Source of the DNA: Octopus vulgaris
Lineage: Eukaryota
Direction of reading: 5' to 3'
Assembly: GCA_951406725.2 (NCBI GenBank)
Contig: OX597841.1
Span: 6,386,001 to 6,450,000, forward strand
Length of the DNA: 64,000 nt
The translations under genes were made by a program, and so were the position numbers. Below the pieces are notes generated by a model. That model saw nothing but the letters and a program-made list of their open reading frames with translations. It ran no database searches and had not been told where the DNA came from. How positions within the stretch are numbered: the first letter of the stretch is position 1; each line of letters opens with the position of its first letter. Shown here piece after piece: positions 10,984 to 25,761 of this stretch.

Positions 10984-11714
10984 TATAGATCAATAATTGG
11001 TGAAAGATACCATGCATTCATCACTTCAAGCTAAAACTTATATTCTTTAAATATCATTTTCACTATTGTTGTTATTACTATCATTTTTATTATAAATGAT
11101 ATGACAATTTGAAATGCAATTGTCTATGCAGTTTTATATTATTAGAAAATAATATAAATAAAGTGTTAAAATCTGAAAGTTAAGTTAACATGCAATTATA
11201 TAAAAAAGATAATGCAAATGAAGCTAAAATGATAGTTTTATAATTTGGGTTTTATTGAAGAACTCAAAAGAGTTGTCTCCCCTTACTCACAACACAGGAA
11301 CTTGAAGAACCAGGACCACAATTATTACTACTTCCTGTCCTGCAACATGCTGAATTTAACAACACAACACATCACATGCTCTTAATCCCTTTGGATCTGA
11401 ACACCTCAAGGTAATTTTTTGGTAAACAACCATAAAACTCAAGATACACAACGAACTCACAATGTATCGGAGAACTTATTTTTTAATTTTTGTACATTTT
11501 TATCATTATTCTTTTACAAAAAACAATGCAATTTTCTTTTTTTCCCCTTTCTAATTTTTAAAAAAAACTTCTTAAAACATAAATATTCCTGACAAGTCAT
11601 ACAATGACGAAAACCGGTTGAATAAATATATATTTATATATTTTATCATTTTCTCATTTTATTAAAATTTTCTTTCATTTGAGCATTCTGCATTTTTAAA
11701 AAAAATTTTCCTTA

Positions 11715-11766
<52 letters not shown>

Positions 11767-11770
<4 letters not shown>

Positions 11771-13536
11771 AAAATAGTAAAGAGTGAAAAATCGACAGAA
11801 GGCTTAAATGTTAAAGAATATATATATTTGCGTCAATATGTCTGGAGAATATTGGAAAATTGCTTTTCCCTTCTTATAATGACATAATTTTATAATTTTT
11901 AAAGAAAGACCGGTTTCGCATTTAACTCTTCAAATTTCTTGCGACGTAATGTTTATCTTTAATAGCGTTATCCTTGTTTTTTTGCTACGGAGAGTTCTAA
12001 ATAAGGGAAGGTAGTGCGTGATTTCTTCCGGTGTAAGGGAGATAATCGCTTAAAAATTTTTTTTCCTTTTTTTTCTTAGTGTGAATTTCTCTGTATTATT
12101 ATATTTGGATAGTTGAGTCTGGGTTTGTACTTTTCAATGAAGAATGTTTCCTTGTTTAGTCTAATTTGTGTTGATGATCCGAAATCACATTGGTAAAATG
12201 GAAAGATTAAAAATTGTGGTTGTAGTTGCTTTGCGCAATTCTGAATGTGCTCACTAAAAGGTATCATTCTATATTCTGGGAATGCAATCTGTTGTCGATG
12301 CAGTGTGCATCTACGTCTGAGTGATAGTCCCGTGGACCCCACGTAGTCTTGGTGGCAGCCCGAGCATTTTATGACATAAATTTTGTTTTCAGAGGCACAA
12401 GTAAAGTTAGATTTGATCTTGAATTTCTGTCCCTCTTTAAAGAAGAATTCTGATCCTTCTAGTAGGTTAGGACATGTTGCACAGTTCGATCTACCACATT
12501 TTTTTACTTTTGTATCCGTAATTTCAGAAGACAATTTTGCCTTTGTGAGAATCATTTTAAGTGATTTAGGCTGTTTGTAGCTTTTAATGATTTGGTGTAT
12601 GTTTAGAATTTCCTTTAATTTGGGGTTTTTATGAAGTATTGGTAAATTCTGGGTGATGATGGTGAAGGCTTCTTTGTTTCTGAGGTTGTATGTAGATATG
12701 TAAGGTAGTATTTTCGGGGAAGGTGAGTTGTTGTGTTGAACCTTTCTTAAAGTTTCTATGTTGATTTCTGTTGCACGTCTGATCCCATCCTCTATGAGTT
12801 GAGCTGGGTAATGTCTGTCAATTAAGGTGTTTTTGAGTTCTTGCAGTCTGAAGTTCCTGGTATTTTGTTCTGACACTATTGTGCATATCCTTCTTGCAAG
12901 GTTGAAGGGGATGTTTGTTTTAGTGTGTCTTGGGTGGCATGAATTAAAGAGAAGGTATTGTTTGGCGTCTGTGGCTTTGTAGAAAATGTCTGTAGAATGA
13001 TACCTTTTAGTGAGCACATTGAGAAATGCGCAAAGCAACTACAACCACAATTTTTAATCTTTCCATTTTACCAATGTGCTTTCGGATCATCAACACAAAT
13101 TAGACTAAACAAGGAAACATTCTTCATTGAAAAGTACAAACCCAGACTCAACTATCCAAACATAATAATACAGAGAAATTCACACTAAGAGAAAAAGGAA
13201 AAAAAAAATTTTTAAGCGATTATCTCCCTTACACCTGAAGAAATCACGCACTACCTTCCCTTATTTAGAACTCTCCGTAGCAAAAAAACAAGGATAACGC
13301 TATTAAAGATAAACATTACGTCGCAAGAAATTTGAAGAGCTAAATGCGAAACCGGTCTTTCGTTAAAAATTATGAAATTATGTCATTATAAGAAGGGAAA
13401 AAAATTTTTCCAATATTCTCCAGACATATTGACGCAAATATATATATTCTTTAACATTTAACCCTTCTGTCGTTTTTTCACTCTTTACTATTTTCTTATA
13501 TATTCACCCACGTGCTTTCACAAACAAACTTTCTCA

Positions 13537-13537
<1 letters not shown>
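11767..13537 (-). mobile_element. PLE-2 copy 2 (RT thumb + GIY-YIG frame open, 12076 to ~12993; inverted pseudo-LTR)
   Basis: Same structure as copy 1 without the frameshift. Confidence 0.93.
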
Positions 13538-13587
<50 letters not shown>

Positions 13588-15844
13588 ATATATATATATA
13601 TACATATACATATTTATATATATACATAGTGGTGATGTATTTCAGGTATTGTTCATAGCCAAACAAATAAACCCACACATATACACAAACACATTCTATT
13701 GATTGAAAAAGAGTAAGAAATTGAATAATAGATGAAAGAAACAATTGAATAAGTGAATCATACAACTACAATACATATGTGTGTATGTCTAAAGAGAAGG
13801 ATTAACCTGTATGTATGTATATATATATATACACATAAATGAAAAGCAAGGGGCAAATAATAGTGCTCAACTACACAAGGTAGAGTTAAATTTGTGATAT
13901 TTTTGCAGCTTTAATAAAAACGTGTATAAGAATATATATATCTTCTTTTGGTCTCTTACTTGTTTCACTCATTTGAAAGTGGCCATGCTGGAGCACCTCC
14001 TTCAAGGGTGCTGGTCCGAGAGATTAACACCAGAACTTATTCTTTGTAAGCCTAGTATTTATTCTATTGGCCTTTTTTGGTGAACCACTAAGTTACAGGG
14101 TCACAAACACAGATACACAAATATATATATAAACATGACAGGCTTCTGGCTACCAAATCTACTGACAAGGCTATGGTCAGCCTAAGGCTGTAGTAGCAGG
14201 CACTTGACCAATATTCACTATAAACTGCCTAAAATTGTGTATCCTCAGATGAACATATCCATTCCTATAATTTCCATCAAATAGTTTTGACATAGTTATG
14301 ACCAAACTATACTTTATATCATTGGAATATAACTCCAAAATAGGGAGAAAAATAAATAGAAAAACCAAACAAGGAAAGAAAAAAAAGGAAAGGAAAATGT
14401 AAATGAAATGTTTTATTTGTAATGTAACTTTGTAAAATGTTACAACCAAACTATACTTCGTATTAAAGGGTGATTGAAAAGTAACTCCCTATTTTTAGAA
14501 TACTTGTGAATTATTTGTTAATTGTAATTTTTACAGATAAAAATATCGCTATGAGAGGTTTTACTATGAGGTTTGATTTAAAATTCGATATGCACTCCAG
14601 ATGTCACCACAAGCATTTTGTATCAGCCAGGAATTGCATCGAGTGATTTCACCAGGAACTCTGATGCGATGGAAGAAGACGTATGACTTCTTGTAATTGC
14701 TGTTCCAGTTCTTCCAGAGTCTCTGCTTTCGTACAGTAGACTTGCTCTTGCAACCAACCCCAAACAAAGAAGTCACAGGGTATTAAGTTAGGTCTCCTGG
14801 CTGAACCCTCATACGGACCACAATGACCCATCCATCCCCTAGGGAAGGGGCCATTCACCAACGATAAGAGCAATACGATTACAGATTAAATTCTCATACT
14901 TAAGAAAAAAGAACAAACACAAAAGACTTGAGAAATAAATTCCAATTAATAAATAATAGAAGAGTATTTTTAAATTAGGAGTTACTTTGCAATCACCCTG
15001 AATGCTCTGGAAAGGTAAGGGACACTGTAAAATGTTTAAACAGTTTCTAGTCTTATAAGATATGTGAAAATGAAGCAAGTTCCTATCTCAGCAGTGGTGT
15101 ATGGTGGTTGTTGTATTGAGTTCGCTGCCACACCCAATGCCATCAGATTTCAAGCAGGAGTATAACTAAAGTTTTCTTTTCAGATTTGTGATTTAATTAA
15201 ATGAAGAGGTTGCAAGAAGTAATGAAAATTTAAGAAGAAGAAAAAAAAATTGATCAAGTAAATGAGTGGAAAGTGAACTGGTGAGTATGTTAATTAATAA
15301 GGCATTTTAGGTGCGGAGCTGGTGGAATCGTTAGTAAGCTGGACTACAGGCTTAGCATCGGTATGTTCTGAGTTCAAATTCCGCTGAGGTCGACTTTGCT
15401 TTTCATCCTTTCAGGGTTGATAAATTAAGTAACAGTGAAACGCAGGGGTTGATGCAATCAGCTTAATTCCGACCCCACAAATTATTTGAAGCCTTGTGCT
15501 TCTAGTAGAAAGGTTAACTAATAAGACATTTAAACAGAATTACTCACCCCAGACACAACAAAATATGCTTCAACACACGAATTCAGAAAAAGAATACGTT
15601 CCAGTCGCAGCCTCAAGTCTCTTTGTATCTCAGCAAAATCTTGTGAAACCAGTTCAGTCAAACAAAAACATACGTATGACTTCTGAAGGTGTTAGCGAGG
15701 GATCGATAACATACCAGGAATAAATTTATAGATGTGTGGGCGTTACCTTGGTAACTTTTGTGTATTTGTGTGTGCGTGTGTAAACTTGTTTAAAAGTATG
15801 GTGTGTGTATATTTGTGATGTCCCCTGTGTCTATATGTAGACGT

Positions 15845-15933
<89 letters not shown>

Positions 15934-16297
15934 ATATGTATATGAATATAATAATAAATATTAGGGAATAAATCCAAACTTACAGGGAAAAATCAGATTT
16001 AGGATTGAATCCAATTTTATAGTAAAATCTTATATTATATTAAATTAGAGACAAAACCACTATTATGCAAATCAATCAATGAAAGACTTAAGCCAATACA
16101 TAAGATTATTTTATTTATATTATTTAAATATATAACAAAAATTATTTAAAAAATATAATTAATATACCACTACGATCGTTTCATGGCTGTTAATTAAATA
16201 ATCTTATGTATTGGCTTAAGTTTATTCATTGTATAATTTGCCTAATAGTGGTTTTGTCTCTAATTTAATATAATGTATATGAATATGTATACATATA

Positions 16298-16355
<58 letters not shown>

Positions 16356-16431
16356 TATATACATACATATATATATATAAATATATAATATATACATGTA
16401 TATGTATATAAATATATATATATATATATAT

Positions 16432-16762
16432 ATAATAAATATTAGGGAATGAATCCAAAATTACAGGGAAAAATCAGATTTAGGGTTAAATCCAATTTTA
16501 TAGTAAAATATTATATAATATAATTCGAGACAAAACCACTATTTTAAAACCAAACAAGGAAAGACTTAATCAATACATAAAATTTTAATACAAATTAAAT
16601 AAACCGCCACTACAAATGTTTCATGTCTGCTCCGACAATCTTCAGGTGGATTTTCGATCTTCTAATCAGTATCAAATTTATCAGTTTATTTAATTTATAT
16701 CAAAATTTTATGTATTGATTAAGTCTTTCCTTGTTTGTTTTTAAAATAGTGGTTTTGTCTCG

Positions 16763-16768
<6 letters not shown>
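16432..16768 (-). mobile_element. Mini element B: ~335-bp inverted-repeat element in (TA)n with a complete hammerhead; copies at ~25358-25693 and ~34258-34600
   Basis: Homologous to mini element A (taataaatattagggaat.aatccaaa.ttacagggaaaaatcagatttagg). Inverted arms of ~85 bp (16520-16604 vs 16684-16766) flank the ribozyme. Absent from unit 1. Confidence 0.75.
16607..16649 (-). ncRNA. Type I minimal hammerhead ribozyme (canonical core)
   Basis: Minus strand: ccac CTGAAGA t-tgtc-ggagca-gaca-t GAAA catttg TA gtgg. Stem I CCAC/GTGG, CUGANGA, stem II TGTC/GACA, GAAA, GUA cleavage triplet. Identical at 25533-25575 and 34435-34477. Confidence 0.82.
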
Positions 16769-16845
<77 letters not shown>

Positions 16846-19104
16846 CATACATATATATATATACATATACATATTTATATATATACATAGTGGTGATGTC
16901 TTCCAGGTATTGTTCATAGCCAAACAAACACACCCACACATATACACAAAGACATTCTATTGATTGAAAAAGGATAAGAAATTGAATAATAGATGAAAGA
17001 AACAATTGACCAAGTGAATCATACAACTACAATACATATGTGTGTATGTCTAAAGAGAAGGATGAACCTGTATGCATGTATATATATACACATAAATGAA
17101 AAGCAAGGGGCAAATAATAGTGCTCAACTACACAAGGTAGAGTTAAATTTGTGATATTTTTGCAGCTTTAATAAAAACGTGTATAAGAATATATATATCT
17201 TCTTTTGGTCTCTTACTTGTTTCAGTCATTTGAAAGTGGCCATGCTGGAGCACCTCCTTCAAGGGTGCTGGTCCGAGAGATTAACACCAGAACTTATTCT
17301 TTGTAAGCCTAGTATTTATTCTATTGGCCTTTTTTGGTGAACCACTAAGTTACAGGGTCACAAACACAGATACACAAATATATATATAAACATGACAGGC
17401 TTCTGGCTACCAAATCTACTGACAAGGCTATGGTCAGCCTAAGGCTGTAGTAGCAGGCACTTGACCAATATTCACTATAAACTGCCTAAAATTGTGTATC
17501 CTTAGATGAACATATCCATTCCTATAATTTCCATCAAATAGTTTTGACATACTTATAACCAAACAATACTTTATATTATTGGAATATAACTCCAAAATAG
17601 GGAGAAAAATAAATAGAAGAACCAAACAAGGAAAGAAAAAAAAAAAGGGACAGGAAAATGTAAATGAAATGTTTTTTTTGTAATGTAACTTTGTAAAATG
17701 TTAAAACCAAACTATACTTCGTATTACAGGGTGATTGAAAAGTAACTCCCTATTTTGGAAATACTTGTGAATTAGTTGTTAATTGTAATTTTTACAGAAA
17801 CTAAATATCATTATGAGAGGTTTTACTATGAGGTTTGATTTAAAATTCGATATGGGCTCCAGATGTCACCACAAGCATTTTGTATCAGCCAGGAATTGCA
17901 TCGAGTGATTTCACCAGGAACTCTGATGCGATGGAAGAAGACGTATGACTTCTTGTAATTGCTGTTCCAGTTCTTCCAGAGTCTCTGCTTTCGTACAGTA
18001 GACCTGCTCTTGCAACCAACCCCAAACAAAGAAGTCACAGGGTATTAAGTTAGGTCTCCTGGCTGACCCCTCATACGGACCACAACGACCCATCCATCCC
18101 CTAGGGAAGGGGCCATTCACCAACGATAAGAGCAATACGATTACAGATTAAATTCTCATACTTAAGAAAAAAGAACAAACACAAAAGACTTGAGAAATAA
18201 ATTACAATTAATAAATAATAGAAGAGTATTTTTAAATTAGGAGTTACTTTGCAATCACCCTGAATACTCTGGAAAGGTAAGGGACACTGTAAAATGTTTA
18301 AACAGTTTCTAGTCTTATAAGATATGTGAAAATGAAGCAAGTTCCTATCTAAGCAGTGGTGTATGGTGGTTGTTGTATTGAGTTCGCTGCCACACCCAAT
18401 GCCATCAGATTTCAAGCAGGAGTATAACTAAAGTTTTCTTTTCAGATTTGTGATTTAATTAAATGAAGAGGTTGCAAGAAGTAATGAAAATTTAAGAAGA
18501 AGAAAAAAAAAATTGATTAAGTAAATGAGTGGAAAGTGAACTGGTGAGTATGTTAATTAATAAGGCATTTTAGGTGAGGAGCTGGTGGAATCGTTAGTAA
18601 GCTGGACTACAGGCTTAGCATCGGTATGTTCTGAGTTCAAATTCCGCTGAGGTCGACTTTGCTTTTCATCCTTTCAGGGTTGATAAATTAAGTAACAGTG
18701 AAACGCAGGGGTTGATGCAATCAGCTTAATTCCGACCCCACAAATTATTTGAAGCCTTGTGCTTTTAGTAGAAAGGTTAACTAATAAGACATTTAAACAG
18801 AATTACTCACCCCAGACACAACAAAATATGCTTCAACACACGAATTCAGGAAAAGAATTCGTTCCAGTCCCAGCCTCAAGTCTCTTTGTATTTCAGCAAA
18901 ATCTTGTGAAACCAGTTCAGTCAAACAAAAACATACGTATGACTTCTGAAGGTGTTAGCGAGGGATCGATACCATACCAGGAAGAAGTTTATTGATGTGT
19001 GGGCGTTACCTGGGTAACTTTTGTGTATTTGTGTGTGCGTGTGTAAACTTGTTTAAAAGTATGGTATGTGTATATTTGTGATGTCCCCTGCGTCTATATG
19101 AAGA

Positions 19105-19244
<140 letters not shown>

Positions 19245-19608
19245 ATATGTATATGAATATAATAATAAATATTAGGGAATAAATCCAAACTTACAGGGAA
19301 AAATCAGATTTAGGATTGAATCCAATTTTATAGTAAAATCTTATATTATATTAAATTAGAGACAAAACCACTATTATGCAAATCAATCAATGAAAGACTT
19401 AAGCCAATACATAAGATTATTTTATTTATATTATTTAAATATATAACAAAAATTATTTAAAAAATATAATTAATATACCACTACGATCGTTTCATGGCTG
19501 TTAATTAAATAATCTTATGTATTGGCTTAAGTTTATTCATTGTATAATTTGCCTAATAGTGGTTTTGTCTCTAATTTAATATAATGTATATGAATATGTA
19601 TACATATA

Positions 19609-19692
<84 letters not shown>

Positions 19693-19719
19693 AATATATA
19701 ATATATACATGTATATGTG

Positions 19720-19789
<70 letters not shown>

Positions 19790-19806
19790 AATATATAATA
19801 TATACA

Positions 19807-19864
<58 letters not shown>

Positions 19865-19865
19865 C

Positions 19866-19898
<33 letters not shown>

Positions 19899-20624
19899 GA
19901 TCAATAATTGGTGAAAGATACCATGCATTCATCACTTCAAGCTAAAACTTATATTCTTTAAATATCATTTTCACTATTGTTGTTATTACTATCATTTTTA
20001 TTATAAATGATATGACAATTTGAAATGCAATTGTCTATGCAGTTTTATATTATTAGAAAATAATATAAATAAAGTGTTAAAATCTGAAAGTTAAGTTAAC
20101 ATGCAATTATATAAAAAAGATAATGCAAATGAAGCTAAAATGATAGTTTTATAATTTGGGTTTTATTGAAGAACTCAAAAGAGTTGTCTCCCTTACTCAC
20201 AACACAGGAACTGAAGAACCAGGACCACAATTATTACTACTTCCTGTCCTGCAACATGCTGAATTTAACAACACAACACATCACATGCTCTTAATCCCTT
20301 TGGATCTGAACACCTCAAGGTAATTTTTTGGTAAACAACCATAAAACTCAAGATACACAACGAACTCACAATGTATCGGAGAACTTATTTTTTAATTTTT
20401 GTACATTTTTATCATTATTCTTTTACAAAAAACAATGCAATTTTCTTTTTTTCCCCTTTCTAATTTTTAAAAAAACTTCTTAAAACATAAATATTCCTGA
20501 CAAGTCATACAATGACGAAAACCGGTTGAATAAATATATATATTTATATATTTTATCATTTTCTCATTTTATTAAAATTTTCTTTCATTTGAGCATTCTG
20601 CATTTTTAAAAAAAATTTTCCTTA

Positions 20625-20674
<50 letters not shown>

Positions 20675-20678
<4 letters not shown>

Positions 20679-22448
20679 AAAATAGTAAAGAGTGAAAAAT
20701 CGACAGAAGGCTTAAATGTTAAAGAATATATATATTTGCGTCAATATGTCTGGAGAATATTGGAAAATTGCTTTTCCCTTCTTATAATGACATAATTTTA
20801 TAATTTTTAAAGAAAGACCGGTTTCGCATTTAACTCTTCAAATTTCTTGCGACGTAATGTTTATCTTTAATAGCGTTATCCTTGTTTTTTTGCTACGGAG
20901 AGTTCTAAATAAGGGAAGGTAGTGCGTGATTTCTTCCGGTGTAAGGGAGATAATCGCTTAAAAAATTTTTTTTCCTTTTTTTCTCTTAGTGTGAATTTCT
21001 CTGTATTATTATATTTGGATAGTTGAGTCTGGGTTTGTACTTTTCAATGAAGAATGTTTCCTTGTTTAGTCTAATTTGTGTTGATGATCCGAAATCACAT
21101 TGGTAAAATGGAAAGATTAAAAATTGTGGTTGTAGTTGCTTTGCGCAATTCTGAATGTGCTCACTAAAAGGTATCATTCTATATTCTGGGAATGCAATCT
21201 GTTGTCGATGCAGTGTGCATCTACGTCTGAGTGATAGTCCCGTGGACCCCACGTAGTCTTGGTGGCAGCCCGAGCATTTTATGACATAAATTTTGTTTTC
21301 AGAGGCACAAGTAAAGTTAGATTTGATCTTGAATTTCTGTCCCTCTTTAAAGAAGAATTCTGATCCTTCTAGTAGGTTAGGACATGTTGCACAGTTCGAT
21401 CTACCACATTTTTTTACTTTTGTATCCGTAATTTCAGAAGACAATTTTGCCTTTGTGAGAATCATTTTAAGTGATTTAGGCTGTTTGTAGCTTTTAATGA
21501 TTTGGTGTATGTTTAGAATTTCCTTTAATTTGGGGTTTTTATGAAGTATTGGTAAATTCTGGGTGATGATGGTGAAGGCTTCTTTGTTTCTGAGGTTGTA
21601 TGTAGATATGTAAGGTAGTATTTTCGGGGAAGGTGAGTTGTTGTGTTGAACCTTTCTTAAAGTTTCTATGTTGATTTCTGTTGCACGTCTGATCCCATCC
21701 TCTATGAGTTGAGCTGGGTAATGTCTGTCAATTAAGGTGTTTTTGAGTTCTTGCAGTCTGAAGTTCCTGGTATTTTGTTCTGACACTATTGTGCATATCC
21801 TTCTTGCAAGGTTGAAGGGGATGTTTGTTTTAGTGTGTCTTGGGTGGCATGAATTAAAGAGAAGGTATTGTTTGGCGTCTGTGGCTTTGTAGAAAATGTC
21901 TGTAGAATGATACCTTTTAGTGAGCACATTGAGAAATGCGCAAAGCAACTACAACCACAATTTTTAATCTTTCCATTTTACCAATGTGCTTTCGGATCAT
22001 CAACACAAATTAGACTAAACAAGGAAACATTCTTCATTGAAAAGTACAAACCCAGACTCAACTATCCAAACATAATAATACAGAGAAATTCACACTAAGA
22101 GAAAAAGGAAAAAAAAAATTTTTTTAAGCGATTATCTCCCTTACACCTGAAGAAATCACGCACTACCTTCCCTTATTTAGAACTCTCCGTAGCAAAAAAA
22201 CAAGGATAACGCTATTAAAGATAAACATTACGTCGCAAGAAATTTGAAGAGCTAAATGCGAAACCGGTCTTTCGTTAAAAATTATGAAATTATGTCATTA
22301 TAAGAAGGGAAAAAAATTTTTCCAATATTCTCCAGACATATTGACGCAAATATATATATTCTTTAACATTTAACCCTTCTGTCGTTTTTTCACTCTTTAC
22401 TATTTTCTTATATATTCACCCACGTGCTTTCACAAACAAACTTTCTCA

Positions 22449-22449
<1 letters not shown>
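20675..22449 (-). mobile_element. PLE-2 copy 3
   Basis: Translation of 20986-21948 matches copy 2; same inverted pseudo-LTR. Confidence 0.93.
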
Positions 22450-22499
<50 letters not shown>

Positions 22500-24756
22500 A
22501 TATATATATATATACATATACATATTTATATATATACATAGTGGTGATGTATTTCAGGTATTGTTCATAGCCAAACAAATAAACCCACACATATACACAA
22601 ACACATTCTATTGATTGAAAAAGAGTAAGAAATTGAATAATAGATGAAAGAAACAATTGAATAAGTGAATCATACAACTACAATACATATGTGTGTATGT
22701 CTAAAGAGAAGGATTAACCTGTATGTATGTATATATATATATACACATAAATGAAAAGCAAGGGGCAAATAATAGTGCTCAACTACACAAGGTAGAGTTA
22801 AATTTGTGATATTTTTGCAGCTTTAATAAAAACGTGTATAAGAATATATATATCTTCTTTTGGTCTCTTACTTGTTTCACTCATTTGAAAGTGGCCATGC
22901 TGGAGCACCTCCTTCAAGGGTGCTGGTCCGAGAGATTAACACCAGAACTTATTCTTTGTAAGCCTAGTATTTATTCTATTGGCCTTTTTTGGTGAACCAC
23001 TAAGTTACAGGGTCACAAACACAGATACACAAATATATATATAAACATGACAGGCTTCTGGCTACCAAATCTACTGACAAGGCTATGGTCAGCCTAAGGC
23101 TGTAGTAGCAGGCACTTGACCAATATTCACTATAAACTGCCTAAAATTGTGTATCCTCAGATGAACATATCCATTCCTATAATTTCCATCAAATAGTTTT
23201 GACATAGTTATGACCAAACTATACTTTATATCATTGGAATATAACTCCAAAATAGGGAGAAAAATAAATAGAAAAACCAAACAAGGAAAGAAAAAAAAGG
23301 GAAAGGAAAATGTAAATGAAATGTTTTATTTGTAATGTAACTTTGTAAAATGTTACAACCAAACTATACTTCGTATTAAAGGGTGATTGAAAAGTAACTC
23401 CCTATTTTTAGAATACTTGTGAATTATTTGTTAATTGTAATTTTTACAGATAAAAATATCGCTATGAGAGGTTTTACTATGAGGTTTGATTTAAAATTCG
23501 ATATGCACTCCAGATGTCACCACAAGCATTTTGTATCAGCCAGGAATTGCATCGAGTGATTTCACCAGGAACTCTGATGCGATGGAAGAAGACGTATGAC
23601 TTCTTGTAATTGCTGTTCCAGTTCTTCCAGAGTCTCTGCTTTCGTACAGTAGACTTGCTCTTGCAACCAACCCCAAACAAAGAAGTCACAGGGTATTAAG
23701 TTAGGTCTCCTGGCTGAACCCTCATACGGACCACAATGACCCATCCATCCCCTAGGGAAGGGGCCATTCACCAACGATAAGAGCAATACGATTACAGATT
23801 AAATTCTCATACTTAAGAAAAAAGAACAAACACAAAAGACTTGAGAAATAAATTACAATTAATAAATAATAGAAGAGTATTTTTAAATTAGGAGTTACTT
23901 TGCAATCACCCTGAATGCTCTGGAAAGGTAAGGGACACTGTAAAATGTTTAAACAGTTTCTAGTCTTATAAAATATCTGAAAATCAAGCGAGTTCCTATC
24001 TCAGCAGTGGTGTATGGTGGTTGTTGTATTGAGTTCGCTGCCACACCCAATGCCATCAGATTTCAAGCAGGAGTATAACTAAAGTTTTCTTTTCAGATTT
24101 GTGATTTAATTAAATGAAGAGGTTGCAAGAAGTAATGAAAATTTAAGAAGAAGAAAAAAAATTGATCAAGTAAATGAGTGGAAAGTGAACTGGTGAGTCT
24201 GTTAATTAATAAGGCATTTTAGGTGCGGAGCTGGTGGAATCGTTAGTAAGCTGGACTACAGGCTTAGCATCGGTATGTTCTGAGTTCAAATTCCGCTGAG
24301 GTCGACTTTGCTTTTCATCCTTTCAGGGTTGATAAATTAAGTAACAGTGAAACGCAGGGGTTGATGCAATCAGCTTAATTCCGACCCCACAAATTATTTG
24401 AAGCCTTGTGCTTCTAGTAGAAAGGTTAACTAATAAGACATTTAAACAGAATTACTCACCCCAGACACAACAAAATATGCTTCAACACACGAATTCAGAA
24501 AAAGAATACGTTCCAGTCGCAGCCTCAAGTCTCTTTGTATCTCAGCAAAATCTTGTGAAACCAGTTCAGTCAAACAAAAACATACGTATGACTTCTGAAG
24601 GTGTTAGCGAGGGATCGATAACATACCAGGAATAAATTTATAGATGTGTGGGCGTTACCTTGGTAACTTTTGTGTATTTGTGTGTGCGTGTGTAAACTTG
24701 TTTAAAAGTATGGTGTGTGTATATTTGTGATGTCCCCTGTGTCTATATGTAGACGT

Positions 24757-24847
<91 letters not shown>

Positions 24848-25211
24848 ATATGTATATGAATATAATAATAAATATTAGGGAATAAATCCAAACTTACAGG
24901 GAAAAATCAGATTTAGGATTGAATCCAATTTTATAGTAAAATCTTATATTATATTAAATTAGAGACAAAACCACTATTATGCAAATCAATCAATGAAAGA
25001 CTTAAGCCAATACATAAGATTATTTTATTTATATTATTTAAATATATAACAAAAATTATTTAAAAAATATAATTAATATACCACTACGATCGTTTCATGG
25101 CTGTTAATTAAATAATCTTATGTATTGGCTTAAGTTTATTCATTGTATAATTTGCCTAATAGTGGTTTTGTCTCTAATTTAATATAATGTATATGAATAT
25201 GTATACATATA

Positions 25212-25275
<64 letters not shown>

Positions 25276-25324
25276 TATATACATACATATATATATATAA
25301 ATATATAATATATACATGTATATG

Positions 25325-25363
<39 letters not shown>

Positions 25364-25688
25364 AATATTAGGGAATGAATCCAAAATTACAGGGAAAAAT
25401 CAGATTTAGGGTTAAATCCAATTTTATAGTAAAATATTATATAATATAATTCGAGACAAAACCACTATTTTAAAACCAAACAAGGAAAGACTTAATCAAT
25501 ACATAAAATTTTAATACAAATTAAATAAACCGCCACTACAAATGTTTCATGTCTGCTCCGACAATCTTCAGGTGGATTTTCGATCTTCTAATCAGTATCA
25601 AATTTATCAGTTTATTTAATTTATATTAAAATTTTATGTATTGATTAAGTCTTTCCTTGTTTGTTTTTAAAATAGTGGTTTTGTCTCG

Positions 25689-25761
<73 letters not shown>

